Source: a virus. From it: 64,000 nucleotides of DNA. Position numbers and translations under genes: made by a program. Below are positions 19,942 through 30,113 of this stretch, piece by piece. The stretch covers positions 1 to 64,000 of IMG/VR virus record IMGVR_UViG_3300032224_001305. One strand, given 5' to 3'. Under the pieces are notes generated by a model. It was given only the letters and a program-made list of their open reading frames with translations, was not told where the DNA came from and made no database searches. How positions within the stretch are numbered: position 1 is the first letter of the stretch; the number at the start of each line of letters is the position of its first letter.

Positions 19942-20827
19942 TCCAAGTAATATACGCGTCAGAGCCTTTGACAGAGGATACCTAGATATATTCTGGGACT
20001 TAGGTTCTACGTTTGAAGACTTGAATAGTTACGACATTTTTGTGCAGCGCGCTGAAGCTGAGTTTGGCCCGTATGTGGACGTCTCTCCCGCTCTTAGAGC
20101 GGTTGAGCATTTTAGAGATGCGGCTGTACGTGGATATACTTCTTTTTATCAGCGTATATATTACCGACTACGAGTAGTTAAACGCTCTACTGGTGAAGAG
20201 AAGACCTGCCCTGATTTGGGCGGTGCGCGTCTTGAGGCTCGCCCAGACCTAGCAGCTCTCGAAATAGCTCGCCATGCTAATCTTCGTCTAAAAGAGTCGG
20301 AGGGGCGCGTTGTCTGGATCTTTCCTAGGAAACGCTCGGGTCAGCGCTGTACTACCTGTTTTGATAGAACGACCATGCGTTCGCGCAGAGCTGATTGCCC
20401 TGTGTGCTACGGAACTACATACGTAGGTGGCTACCATACGCCGGTAAAAACTTACGCACAAGTTCTTACTCCACAGGAGATGACGTACCACACGCAAAAT
20501 GGTCCTGTAGAAAGTCTTAACTCTATGATAAAGTTAGGCAACTATCCAGAATTATCCGAAGGCGATGTTGTAATAGAAGCCGAAAATATTCGTTGGAAGA
20601 TTGGTACTTCTATTACACGTATAGAGAAATCTAGAGCGCTGGTAAGGCAGCAAGCACCGATACATGCCATACCTGTCTCTGATATTGAGTTCTCTCTCCC
20701 GGTTAAGATGACTCTACTAGAAGCTGGAGAACTAGAAGCGTCTCCGCATAGAAACTATACGAATCCATCTAACCTAGAGACTGCGGGATTTGACCCAGCC
20801 TCGTCCAGCATATTTGGTAAAAAATGA
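19934..20827 (+). CDS. Putative head-closure/neck protein with Zn-finger insert
   Basis: N-terminal FN3-like strand pattern, CTTC...CPVCYGT..VGGY; neck-module position. Confidence 0.55.
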   Translation: MLNPSNIRVRAFDRGYLDIFWDLGSTFEDLNSYDIFVQRAEAEFGPYVDVSPALRAVEHFRDAAVRGYTSFYQRIYYRLRVVKRSTGEEKTCPDLGGARLEARPDLAALEIARHANLRLKESEGRVVWIFPRKRSGQRCTTCFDRTTMRSRRADCPVCYGTTYVGGYHTPVKTYAQVLTPQEMTYHTQNGPVESLNSMIKLGNYPELSEGDVVIEAENIRWKIGTSITRIEKSRALVRQQAPIHAIPVSDIEFSLPVKMTLLEAGELEASPHRNYTNPSNLETAGFDPASSSIFGKK

Positions 20828-21483
20828 ACACAGGTTCTCCGCTGATATCACCGGATAATACTTTTCCGGAAATAGACGACCGCGTCTATTACGCAGTACG
20901 CGCCCTTATCTTATGGCTGCAGGGAGTGTTCAGAACAAGGCCGAAGGGGGCGTATCGATGGGATATAGACCCCGAGATAAGCGAGATTATCATAACCGCA
21001 CATGACCCATATGAGTCCGACAAGACTAACAAACGTCCAAACATTGTTGTATCTAGAACACAGATGACCAATGCCAATACGTCTATTGGTCAGACATTAT
21101 CTCCAGGCATATTCTCCGAATCAACTACATATACGGACTTAATGCAGGGCAATCTGATTATCACTGTGATAGCCAGAGAAGGACTTGAGGCGCAGAATAT
21201 TGCCTATAATTTATTCCGCCTAATACCTGTATTCAGAGGCATGCTCAATAGAACGGGTCGTATGACTACTTTGCCTGGGCGCATGTCCATGACGCCGGAA
21301 ATGCCGTATGCTGACGTATCGTCGTCGGCAACATCTCCCTACAGAAGAGCCGTGTCGGTAGTTCTGCCCATATCTATACAAGACCATTTTTCCGTAGATA
21401 CGGGTCAGCACTTTTCCTTCCTACACGCAGTAGAGACTTACGTAAATGGCCAGCTAACTGAAAAAATTACAAGCGAAGACTAA
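20824..21483 (+). CDS. Putative tail terminator/completion protein
   Basis: RPNIVVSR motif; immediately upstream of sheath. Confidence 0.55.
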   Translation: MNTGSPLISPDNTFPEIDDRVYYAVRALILWLQGVFRTRPKGAYRWDIDPEISEIIITAHDPYESDKTNKRPNIVVSRTQMTNANTSIGQTLSPGIFSESTTYTDLMQGNLIITVIAREGLEAQNIAYNLFRLIPVFRGMLNRTGRMTTLPGRMSMTPEMPYADVSSSATSPYRRAVSVVLPISIQDHFSVDTGQHFSFLHAVETYVNGQLTEKITSED

Positions 21484-21560
21484 TAACACAGCCTGTGAGT
21501 ACCTAGCACAGCTTCTGCGAGATAAACTCTAAAACGTCTTATTTGTGGGAGACACTAAAC

Positions 21561-24500
21561 ATGGCAACGTTAGAGAGACCCGGCGTAGAAGTTGAACAGG
21601 TTGTTGTAAACAACACACCTACCGTACTCGCAGCAGCGTTACCAGCGTGTGTCGTTGGTCCGTGCTACCAAATTGTCTCCCCCACGACGGCTGAAGGTGT
21701 GTTAGATAGCACGTCAGTCGTTATCACGCCGGCTCAAATAACGGGCGACGTTATTGCAGAGCCTATTGCCTGCAATGGCAAACAGCTCAAGGTCGTAGTC
21801 AACGGTGGAAATCCGCAGGTCATTATCCTGCCGACACCGCTGTCTGGTAACCCTCTGACCTTTACCACCATCGTTAGCAGCATCAATAAGCAGCTAGCTG
21901 GTGCTACGTCAGCGGTCGTTAACGACAAGCTCGTTATCACTACCCTCAACAAGGGTGATTCCTCCTCTCTGTTCTTAGCTGCTACTGACGGAACAAGCGC
22001 CTACGCGGATCTTGGTCTATCGTCAGTGGATCTCACAGAGTTCAAGGGCAAGTCCAAGTACGACAACACAACGTCGATCGTACAGTTCTCGTCTCTACCG
22101 GCTACTAAGACAGCCACAAGCAATCTGTCTTGGGATGCCAACAACATAGACTTGTACAACTACCGTGGAAGCGGCGAGCCGGTAAAGCTATCGGACGTCA
22201 GCGCTATCATCCACAACTCGTGGTCCAACGGCACCATCGACCGTATCTTCAATACCGATATTGACGACGGCGGCTTTGATGGTAACTACTTCCAGCCGAT
22301 CGTTTCTAAGCGTATAGGTCTGTATGGTAAGAACGTCGGTGGTGGTAAGACCAACACTGTGTTCCATCCAGGTACGCACGCATCGTTGACGCTTCCTCTA
22401 CGTAACAACGTGGGTAATGGCGGAACGTCTCCTGACACCACCGGCGGCAACTACCTATACGTAGAGGCGCTCGGTCTACAGGGATTTGTTTCCAACAAAG
22501 ACGCCGCGATCGGTAACTATGTAGGAAAGGCCGGTAACGAAGTGAGCGTAAAGATCACTTCAGGCGTAGCTACCGGCGTTGCATGGAATGCCGGTCTGAA
22601 GCAGTTGCAGATCACGCTACTGGATTCAGGTGCTGGTGCATCTTCTGTGACTTATGCGCAGCTAGAGACCGCGCTAAACACCATCACTGGTGGGTTCGAC
22701 GCAACCAAAGACTTGTCGATCTCGCTCAAGTACACAAACGGCGCTGCGGCCGTAACAGAAAACGATATCAGCGGTGCCAACGCGATCACATGCTACCTGA
22801 CCGGTGGCTCAGATCCGTTGAACTTCGCTGCTGCTGATAGCTCAGCTACTAAGAACTTGGTAGCCACAGTGACCGGCTCAGTAAAGGTCGGCTCGTTTAC
22901 TGGCGCTGACTTGGGCCTAACTGGCGAGTGGATTGACCTATCAATCAACGGCTCACCGGCCATTAGAACCACGTTTGCCAGCGGCACATCGGTTGTCACC
23001 ACGCTAAACACAACACTAGCCAGCTCCATATTGGGCGCTGCTGGTACTGTTACCGTAGATAACGTGGCCGTTAACGCTTACGCCAGAAGCGTAACCATAA
23101 CGTCGCAGTTCGGTGAGTCAGTAGCAGTACTACAGCTCCTAGCCAATCCGTCACCGACCAGTTCTTTCTACAAACAGTACCAAGATTCGACCATACAGGT
23201 TGTAGCTTACTCGAACACCAAGGTAGTGCAGAAGTTGTTCAGTGGTGTACGCGACAATTTCAAGAACGGCATATCTATCACTCCAGATAATAATGATGCC
23301 GGTACGGGTTCTTCTTTACACCACTCTTCGTACAACAGCATCGCAGGCCCTACCTCATTGGTAGGCTCAGTAATGGAGCGCGGTCTAGTGCCCGGTTCAC
23401 AGGCTCTTAGCCTTCTGAGCGTCAAAGCGCAGGCTGCCATAGTGTTTGCCCCAAACACCACCGCAGCCGTATGGACCGGTGCTGCCTTTAACGTCGTTCT
23501 AACCCATAGTGCTGTTGGCGGCGATACCACAATAACTACAGCGGGTGGTGCGGCAAACTACGCAGCAGCAGTCGGCCAGATACAAACTGCTCTTGCTGCC
23601 CTAGGTGGAGCGCACGCGGCTTCTATAGTTGTGGCGTCTAGAACTATCAATGGTGTCGCGTGCCTATGCTTCATCGACAAGACAGGCACAGGTACTTTGA
23701 AGGTAAAAGGTACAACTACAGCTGCAGTAAAGACCGCACTTACAAACACCGCTACTAACGGTGCTACTCTGTACGACGTGCCTTACTCGTCGGTGACTAC
23801 ATCGTTCACTCTAGCGGATTCCTCTGTGGGCGGATGGACGGTAACGGGCATCTCGTCGTCCATGTCACAGGTGAAGTTTGCCGACAACATCGGTTTTATT
23901 AATACAAATACAGCTCACCTGACTGAGTACTTCCTAGACTCGAGCGCTACCGTTACTTACACCAAGTACATGGGCGCCACTAACGGCGGTGATCTAAAGA
24001 CCACCTTCGTCAGAAGCGCAGGTAACGTGCCTCTGGCAGCGTTCTTCTCAGGATCGAGCGCCAACCTATCGTGGAAGCAGGGATGGGCTAGCTCGTTTGC
24101 GCAAGACAGCAAGGACTACACCGGACGTATCTTCACCGGTGGATCGGCTCTAGCAAAGGTTGGCGATTCACTGAACAACGCTGGCACGCCGTACGGTCGT
24201 ATCAGCGCGATACAGTCGCTGAACATAGCTGGCTATGCGGCTTTCTCAGGAGCGCAGTTGCTCCTGTCTGAGTCGTCAGTAGACACCTACGGAATACTGA
24301 CCGATTGGTACGTACGTGCCGAGGCATTAGATACTTACTCGCCTGCCAGAAACGTAGCGCCAGAAGTAGTCATAGACACCGCTACGCAGAACATCACTGT
24401 GAAGGCGGCGGTTAATCGCTCTTCGGCAGGAATTCCGTCAGCGGTGACGTCTACTCTGTACGCTGGTTACACGGCGCTACGCCTAGACGTAACTCCGGCT

Positions 24501-25907
24501 GCGGCGAACCCAAGTCTGATGTCGTTCCAAGACACGACAGAGGTAGAAACATTGATAGGACCGATCAGCCCAGCCAACCCGCTGGCGTTCGGTATAGCAA
24601 AAGCATTCGACAATGCGCCTACGGTACAGATTACCGGCATGGGCGTTGACGATGTCTCGGCAGATGCCCCGTACGGCACCGCCGAGGCCTACAGTAGAGC
24701 CTTCACAGAGCTAGAGCGCTACGAGGTCTATGCCATCGCTCCGATGACGTTCGACCGCGAAGTACACAAATTGCTAGCTCTACACTGCTCTACTATGTCT
24801 CTTCCCGGTGGAAAGAAGGAGCGCGCAGGCATCTGCTGCACTACTTTGCCCACAGAGAAAGAGTCGCTGCTATGTCTGAGCGGTACAATGACCGCTACAG
24901 AGGGAGCAGCTGGTAAGTGGACCCTCACTATAGAAGGTAAGAGCTTCGTAGACGCCCTAGACGGCAAGAAGGATGCAAACGGAAACACCATCTCGGCGTT
25001 CCCAGGCGCTACCTTCTCGGCGGCCAACGGTATCTACATCGATAGATCTGGCGATGCCTACAAGTATCTCGTAACTGAGATCTCCAGCACCACCGAGATT
25101 GTCATCGAAGTAGATTACGCGTTTGACGCTGGTGGCGGACCCGGATCAAATGGAAACGATGACGGATACTACAAAGAGGATGCCTCAGCGCTAGCGGAAT
25201 TCCCCGCTGCCGGTGAGAACTGCAGCTTGCTCGTACGTCAGGCTTCCATTGACGATACAACCACCACCGGTAAGAACCAGCAGGTTGAGGCAATCGCAGC
25301 GTTCGCTTCAGGCTTTGCCATGTCGCGCTTCACTGAGATTCAGCCTGCGTACTTCGGTACCCTTGTAAACGGTACTGAGACACTGGTTGAGGGCTTCTAC
25401 TTCTGCGCAGCATGGGCTGGAGCTTCGAGCCAGCAGAATCCTGCACAGGGCTTTACCAACTTCCCAATGGTAGGCTTCACACGTCCTATCGGCTCTAATG
25501 ACAAGTTCACGGAGACGCAGATGGCTACAGCCGCTGCCGGTGGCGTCAACTGGATAATCCAGGATTCCTCGGGTGGTCCGGTGTTCAGCCGTCATCAGCT
25601 GACAACCAACACCTCTTCTCTAAAGACTAGAGAGTGGTCAGTTGTCAAGGCGGTTGACTACGCAGCCAAGCTTCTCCGCGAATCGGTCAAGGGCTACATA
25701 GGACGATACAACATTACTAAGGCATTGCTGGAGGAGATCTCCATCACTTGCACTAGTGTGTGTTCAAGCTTAGGTGGTACGGTATTAGCGGAAATAAGTG
25801 TCACTGGCATCAAAGTTTCCGATACAGCGCCGGATCACGTCGAGCTAGACATTGTTGCGGTTCCGTTCTACCCAGCGAACAAGATAAAGATCCGCATCAC
25901 TGTTTAA
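21561..25907 (+). CDS. Tail sheath protein with large internal insertions
   Basis: ATG at 21561; N-terminal RPGVEV...ACVVG; C-terminal RHQLTT...REWSVVKAVDY...YIGRYNI...PFYPANKIKIRI sheath signature. Confidence 0.85.
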   Translation: MATLERPGVEVEQVVVNNTPTVLAAALPACVVGPCYQIVSPTTAEGVLDSTSVVITPAQITGDVIAEPIACNGKQLKVVVNGGNPQVIILPTPLSGNPLTFTTIVSSINKQLAGATSAVVNDKLVITTLNKGDSSSLFLAATDGTSAYADLGLSSVDLTEFKGKSKYDNTTSIVQFSSLPATKTATSNLSWDANNIDLYNYRGSGEPVKLSDVSAIIHNSWSNGTIDRIFNTDIDDGGFDGNYFQPIVSKRIGLYGKNVGGGKTNTVFHPGTHASLTLPLRNNVGNGGTSPDTTGGNYLYVEALGLQGFVSNKDAAIGNYVGKAGNEVSVKITSGVATGVAWNAGLKQLQITLLDSGAGASSVTYAQLETALNTITGGFDATKDLSISLKYTNGAAAVTENDISGANAITCYLTGGSDPLNFAAADSSATKNLVATVTGSVKVGSFTGADLGLTGEWIDLSINGSPAIRTTFASGTSVVTTLNTTLASSILGAAGTVTVDNVAVNAYARSVTITSQFGESVAVLQLLANPSPTSSFYKQYQDSTIQVVAYSNTKVVQKLFSGVRDNFKNGISITPDNNDAGTGSSLHHSSYNSIAGPTSLVGSVMERGLVPGSQALSLLSVKAQAAIVFAPNTTAAVWTGAAFNVVLTHSAVGGDTTITTAGGAANYAAAVGQIQTALAALGGAHAASIVVASRTINGVACLCFIDKTGTGTLKVKGTTTAAVKTALTNTATNGATLYDVPYSSVTTSFTLADSSVGGWTVTGISSSMSQVKFADNIGFINTNTAHLTEYFLDSSATVTYTKYMGATNGGDLKTTFVRSAGNVPLAAFFSGSSANLSWKQGWASSFAQDSKDYTGRIFTGGSALAKVGDSLNNAGTPYGRISAIQSLNIAGYAAFSGAQLLLSESSVDTYGILTDWYVRAEALDTYSPARNVAPEVVIDTATQNITVKAAVNRSSAGIPSAVTSTLYAGYTALRLDVTPAAANPSLMSFQDTTEVETLIGPISPANPLAFGIAKAFDNAPTVQITGMGVDDVSADAPYGTAEAYSRAFTELERYEVYAIAPMTFDREVHKLLALHCSTMSLPGGKKERAGICCTTLPTEKESLLCLSGTMTATEGAAGKWTLTIEGKSFVDALDGKKDANGNTISAFPGATFSAANGIYIDRSGDAYKYLVTEISSTTEIVIEVDYAFDAGGGPGSNGNDDGYYKEDASALAEFPAAGENCSLLVRQASIDDTTTTGKNQQVEAIAAFASGFAMSRFTEIQPAYFGTLVNGTETLVEGFYFCAAWAGASSQQNPAQGFTNFPMVGFTRPIGSNDKFTETQMATAAAGGVNWIIQDSSGGPVFSRHQLTTNTSSLKTREWSVVKAVDYAAKLLRESVKGYIGRYNITKALLEEISITCTSVCSSLGGTVLAEISVTGIKVSDTAPDHVELDIVAVPFYPANKIKIRITV

Positions 25908-25979
25908 GGTTTTTACCTAGGTTTACGTTTTGTTGGAAGTATCATAACGGTGTAAAGGTCTGCACCATCGGAGTTCAAA

Positions 25980-26528
25980 ATGGGTACATCAACTAGCTTC
26001 GGTTCTAAAAAGCGTCCCGCAGGTAAGGTATATCGTACTTACGGTCCTCTTGCGCGAGTTATTACTGACATATACAACGATGTAGACGCGGGCTTTTTGA
26101 ACGCTGAGGGTACCATCGTACCTAAGGCGACGTACACTAGCGCCGGTCAGATTCTAGTATCCACGGCTGCTAGCACAGTAGCCGTGCGCAATACTCTGAA
26201 GACCGTTCCTATCGTGGCTCTAGCCAACGATACGGCTATCATCACTGCCGCGCACTTGGTTACCAACGGTGTAACTACGATAACCCCTACAGCTCCTAGA
26301 TCAAAAGCAACAGATACGGCTGCTAATATAATAGCTCTGACTGGTGCTGTAGTTGGAACAGCCTACGAGTTCACTGTCGCTAACTTAGCCGCTAATTTTG
26401 ACCTGACCATAACAGCCGGAGCCAGTGTCACACTAGTTCCAGCTACTATTACAGTAGCGGCTGGGTTTGCTAAGTCGTATAACGTCATCGTTACTAGCGC
26501 CACAACTGTGACGCTGATGGCTAAGTAA
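25980..26528 (+). CDS. Putative virion structural/decoration protein
   Basis: Thr/Ala/Val-rich beta protein between sheath and tube. Confidence 0.55.
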   Translation: MGTSTSFGSKKRPAGKVYRTYGPLARVITDIYNDVDAGFLNAEGTIVPKATYTSAGQILVSTAASTVAVRNTLKTVPIVALANDTAIITAAHLVTNGVTTITPTAPRSKATDTAANIIALTGAVVGTAYEFTVANLAANFDLTITAGASVTLVPATITVAAGFAKSYNVIVTSATTVTLMAK

Positions 26529-26607
26529 ATTACTTACCGGCAACTGCTCTAGCCGGTAGGACGGAGCATCCCCTCGGGGTTTATTATCTGCTGATAAAGG
26601 AGCACAG

Positions 26608-27432
26608 ATGCCTAGCATTTCAGAGTGGAAGCCATATACACACCATGTTCAGGGCGGTCTGCGCGAAGGCAACTTCATCAGCAGCCAGTTTGCCGTTTTA
26701 TGCGCGGGTCCTCCGTTCCTACGACATCTATCGGCTACACAGGGTAACTTGAACTCTGCCAAGTCGCTGCCTGTGTATCCGTTAGGCATTGTTCAGCAGA
26801 TGTCGCTAGGCCAGAGCAAGAACATCAGCCGCTTCTTTGAAATCGGCTCTGATCGTTCTTACTTCATAAGCGGTCGCTCGATGGGCCAAATCTCGCTAGG
26901 TCGTTTGTCGTTCCACGGCCCTAGCTTGCTTCGTGCTCTGTACGCGTACTACGACACGTCGAATAGCACCAAAGAGAACTCATACAAAATGCGTTCTCTT
27001 TTCGACACCTCAAGCGGTACTAACCCGTTTGGTGTCCCTCCCTTTAGAACCGGTGCTAATAACAAAGAAGCTACTTCGGCGCAGGGAGAGAAGCTGCACT
27101 CGGTTATGATCCCTCCAGGCTACGATAACTTCTTTATCAACTTGGCGTCTGACTTGTTCAGCCAGCCGATGGGGCTTCTGTTTGTACTAAAGGATAACGA
27201 AGAGACGACCTACGGCGCGTTCTACCTAGAGCAGTGCTACGTGCCGTCGCACTCAATGGGATTTGACGCTCAGGGACTAATCATCTCAGAGTCAGTCTCT
27301 ATTCAGTACGAGCGCCTTGTACCGGTCCAGATGAACCAGCTGGAACTGATACGCGACGTTGGTGGCACCGAAACTTCGGGCTTCATTGCAGATCCGTTTG
27401 GCTCGTATGGTAATGTTGGTTCAACGCTCTAA
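26608..27432 (+). CDS. Tail tube protein
   Basis: GIVQQMS..Q......FEIGS..YFISGR, YLEQCYV.SHS......IISESVSIQYER; follows sheath; AAAGGAG RBS. Confidence 0.75.
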   Translation: MPSISEWKPYTHHVQGGLREGNFISSQFAVLCAGPPFLRHLSATQGNLNSAKSLPVYPLGIVQQMSLGQSKNISRFFEIGSDRSYFISGRSMGQISLGRLSFHGPSLLRALYAYYDTSNSTKENSYKMRSLFDTSSGTNPFGVPPFRTGANNKEATSAQGEKLHSVMIPPGYDNFFINLASDLFSQPMGLLFVLKDNEETTYGAFYLEQCYVPSHSMGFDAQGLIISESVSIQYERLVPVQMNQLELIRDVGGTETSGFIADPFGSYGNVGSTL

Positions 27433-27454
27433 AATAATCTAGTTTCTATTGTGG

Positions 27455-27497
27455 ATAGCCCGCCAAGTACTAAAATACTCGGCGGGCTATTTACTTT
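27455..27497 (+). terminator. Intrinsic terminator after tail tube gene
   Basis: ATAGCCCGCC ... GGCGGGCTAT followed by TTACTTT. Confidence 0.7.
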
Positions 27498-27513
27498 AAA
27501 ATGGAGAACAAAA

Positions 27514-28005
27514 ATGGCAACTGTAAGAGATTTATTACTAAAGATGGCTGCTCGTTACATGGAAAACGAGAAGGGTGAGAAGCACTCTTCTAAGAAAGAA
27601 GAGAAGAAAGAGATGAAGGGATCTTGCGGCTGCGGAAGATGCGCCAAGTGCAAGATGATGGCCGGTAAGTCTAAGATGGCCTATGTAACCGGTTCAGGCC
27701 AGTCGATGTTCCAGCGCATGTTCACTGGTGCAAACGCAGCTCGCCAAGCTGAGAACGCTGCCTCAGCCCCTGTAGCTCCTTCTAAGCCTGTAAGCAATAC
27801 GTTGCGTCCTGGCGTGCCCGGCTATTCAGCTAAGGCAGCACTCGAAGATACTAAGGAAAACTACGCTGCCGGCGGCTACGCTGCTCCTAGCACTAGTTCC
27901 TTTTTAGGAAATATAACTGGCGTTGGTAGAGTAGACAACGCGTTAAACAAGCAGGTACAAGAAGGTGGAGCCTATAAGCAGATAGCCCGCTCGCCCCGCC
28001 CATAG
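27514..28005 (+). CDS. Putative inner-head protein with N-terminal RxxL[LVI]KxA motif and Cys cluster
   Basis: ATG at 27514 after GGAG; MATVRDLLLKMAA; CGCGRCAKC. Confidence 0.6.
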   Translation: MATVRDLLLKMAARYMENEKGEKHSSKKEEKKEMKGSCGCGRCAKCKMMAGKSKMAYVTGSGQSMFQRMFTGANAARQAENAASAPVAPSKPVSNTLRPGVPGYSAKAALEDTKENYAAGGYAAPSTSSFLGNITGVGRVDNALNKQVQEGGAYKQIARSPRP

Positions 28006-28089
28006 CTAAATTTTATAAGAAAGCAAAAAAACAGAACACCCACCTAAGGATCTATTGGTGGGTTCCTGTTTATCGTAGATAATGCCTAT

Positions 28090-28494
28090 CTAGTTTGAGG
28101 CATGTACTCCGGCTATTACTGCTCCAGCACCTATTACTAAGCCACTGCCAAATAGAAACCATCCTGAAGAATACCAAGGTGTCTCTACTGGTTTGTTTAC
28201 TGGAACGACGCAGTTCATCAGCTTTTCTTCTAGTTTCTTAGAGTACTCTTTCTCTACACGTACCTCGCCTACTAATGCCGTAATAGACGCGTCCTTAGCA
28301 AGAGATACTGCAGATGCTTCTAGCTTGCACTTAGGCAATTCAACAGAGCGGCACTTTTCTCCCTCTACAGCCCAAGCTGTTGGTAGTACAACTCCGGCAC
28401 ATGGTACAGAAACACCTTGTGCCTTAGTACATTGCTCCGCTGCTGTAGCCACGTTTGCGATTAACAGAAATAACACTGTGAGTTTAGTTTTCAT
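28090..28494 (-). CDS. Exported protein with signal peptide and C-terminal TM helix (spanin-partner candidate)
   Basis: MKTKLTVLFLLIANVATAA signal; several Cys; coiled coil; C-terminal WFLFGSGLVIGAGAVIAGV. Confidence 0.55.
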   Translation of the reverse strand: MKTKLTVLFLLIANVATAAEQCTKAQGVSVPCAGVVLPTAWAVEGEKCRSVELPKCKLEASAVSLAKDASITALVGEVRVEKEYSKKLEEKLMNCVVPVNKPVETPWYSSGWFLFGSGLVIGAGAVIAGVHASN

Positions 28495-28495
28495 G

Positions 28496-28888
28496 TCACA
28501 CACCTCGCAGTTTGTTTATCTCATCAGCAGCAGCGTCCGCATCCCCAGTGGTCTTGTCTAGGGCCGTACCTTTAGCATCTAGTTCTTCTGTTTCCTTCTT
28601 TAACTTAACCGCGATAGCTTCTTTATCGGCGGCCTCTTTATCCTTTAACTCTTTTAACGCTTTGTCTTTCTTCTCTTTGTCTTCAATGATCTCTTTAACA
28701 GTCTTAACAGCTTGCTTACCAGTCTGCACTTGACCCGTAAGATCCTCTATCTTGTCGTTTTTATCTTTGAGCTCTTTTTCTTGGCTTTTGAATTTTAGGA
28801 AAGCTAGTACAGCACCGCCTAACAGCACCAATAGGGCGATTGTTTCTACCTTCGCCTTTCTGAACCAATTGAGTACTGACAACCACAT
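28496..28888 (-). CDS. i-spanin-like protein
   Basis: N-terminal TM helix followed by a long Lys/Glu coiled coil; AGGAGG RBS. Confidence 0.55.
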   Translation of the reverse strand: MWLSVLNWFRKAKVETIALLVLLGGAVLAFLKFKSQEKELKDKNDKIEDLTGQVQTGKQAVKTVKEIIEDKEKKDKALKELKDKEAADKEAIAVKLKKETEELDAKGTALDKTTGDADAAADEINKLRGV

Positions 28889-28903
28889 AACAGCCTCCTA
28901 GCT

Positions 28904-28934
28904 AAAAATGGATGCAGTCTTTCGACTACACCCA
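28904..28934 (-). terminator. Intrinsic terminator ending the AAA/DUF1257 operon
   Basis: On - strand TGGGTGTAGTC-GAAA-GACTGCATCCA followed by TTTTT. Confidence 0.7.
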
Positions 28935-28940
28935 CTCTTG

Positions 28941-29360
28941 TTATGCCCAGTTGGTAGCTACTACCTGCAGCGTACCGTCCTTCTCCTTAGCAACTTCACA
29001 CGTGTAACCAGCCAACTCTAGTTCCTTCTTTGCCACCGCGGCGGTGTAGTACTGAGGTACTGCGCCAAAGAAGTCGTTTATACCAAACGCTTTGTCCAGC
29101 TTACGCGTGTCATCAACATCGTAGATGACTTCAAGCGTACCAGCTGGAGTAGAACACCAAGCTATATCTTCCACGCCTGAGAACACCTCACGCGGCAGAA
29201 CTAGCGCACAGTTGTGCTGCTCACGATAAGCGGCAAAACCTCTACGAGTAGTATTGGTCTGCAACTTGGTTGCCACGATCTTGTTCATTAATCCAAGAGC
29301 AGATCGTAATGCTTCGACGTTCTTGATCTCAGGTAGTTCCAGTTTTCTCAATGCTGACAT
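28941..29360 (-). CDS. DUF1257 (Ycf35-like) protein
   Basis: MS....L.EIKN.EAL..AL N-terminus; Y......ELELAGY...V.KE.DGTL.V C-terminus; context with DUF2997 and Ycf46-type ATPase. Confidence 0.65.
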   Translation of the reverse strand: MSALRKLELPEIKNVEALRSALGLMNKIVATKLQTNTTRRGFAAYREQHNCALVLPREVFSGVEDIAWCSTPAGTLEVIYDVDDTRKLDKAFGINDFFGAVPQYYTAAVAKKELELAGYTCEVAKEKDGTLQVVATNWA

Positions 29361-29919
29361 AGTCTCCCTCCGCGCTAGGAAATCCTAGCAGCTTGCTACC
29401 TGTCGGAGTAATCTTGACTTCCACTGAAGGCAGGTTCACCAACATATCTGGAGTTATTTTATAACTCAGACATAGAACCTTTTGATTAGAACTAGATAGC
29501 AGGTTTCGCACAGGAGTCATCGACATCTCCTGCTTGTATGGACCAGCGACTACAGCGTCTATGTACTTCTTGATATCAGCCCATTCCTCAATTTGATTGA
29601 GAGATCGCTGATCTATTCCAGTAAATAAAAGTACGCCTAGTGGTAGGTTCTTAAACCATAACTCTTTTACCAGTTCCAACAACGCCGGTGCTTGCTCTAG
29701 CGGTTCACCGCCACTTATTGATACGCCTTCTGGATTGTCCTGTAGAAGAAGCTTTAGAACTTCTTCTACATCCATTAATTTTCCAGCGCTCTTCGACCAC
29801 GTGTGTTGTGAGAAGCACCCCGGACAACGAATTCGACAGCCCGCAAGGTGGACGATATTCCGTAGGCCAGGCCCATTTACTCGGGTGCGGTACGTGATGT
29901 CTAGTACCGACAATTTCAT
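29329..29919 (-). CDS. Radical SAM protein, NrdG/activase-like
   Basis: NGPG.R, CRIRCPGC (CxxxCxxC), SGGEPLEQ, D.VVAGPY. Confidence 0.85.
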   Translation of the reverse strand: MKLSVLDITYRTRVNGPGLRNIVHLAGCRIRCPGCFSQHTWSKSAGKLMDVEEVLKLLLQDNPEGVSISGGEPLEQAPALLELVKELWFKNLPLGVLLFTGIDQRSLNQIEEWADIKKYIDAVVAGPYKQEMSMTPVRNLLSSSNQKVLCLSYKITPDMLVNLPSVEVKITPTGSKLLGFPSAEGDYVSIEKTGTT

Positions 29920-30113
29920 GGCTTGCCGTCGTAAATCGAATTGGCGTTGGTTTCTTGAGCGTAAAATTCGGGAGTTTTCTTTTCATCCGCGACCTTTGCG
30001 CCAAGGGCTTCGGTTATCTTATTTATGACCACAAGACAACTGGAACCGGGTGACCCACTTACTTCTATTGTAGACTTGCCTTTCTTATCAATCTTGACTG
30101 TCACCTTTTTCAT
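29916..30113 (-). CDS. DUF2997-like small protein
   Basis: ATG at 30113 after AAGGAG; V.IDK.G...IEV.G..G.SC......I.EALG......TPEFY. Confidence 0.7.
   Translation of the reverse strand: MKKVTVKIDKKGKSTIEVSGSPGSSCLVVINKITEALGAKVADEKKTPEFYAQETNANSIYDGKP

Noticed and set aside
27451-27513. N-terminal extensions in the ORF track (also 14044, 21543, 47274, 61475, 43287, 30158)
   Set aside because: They run through terminators, tRNAs or upstream genes; downstream ATGs have better RBSs.
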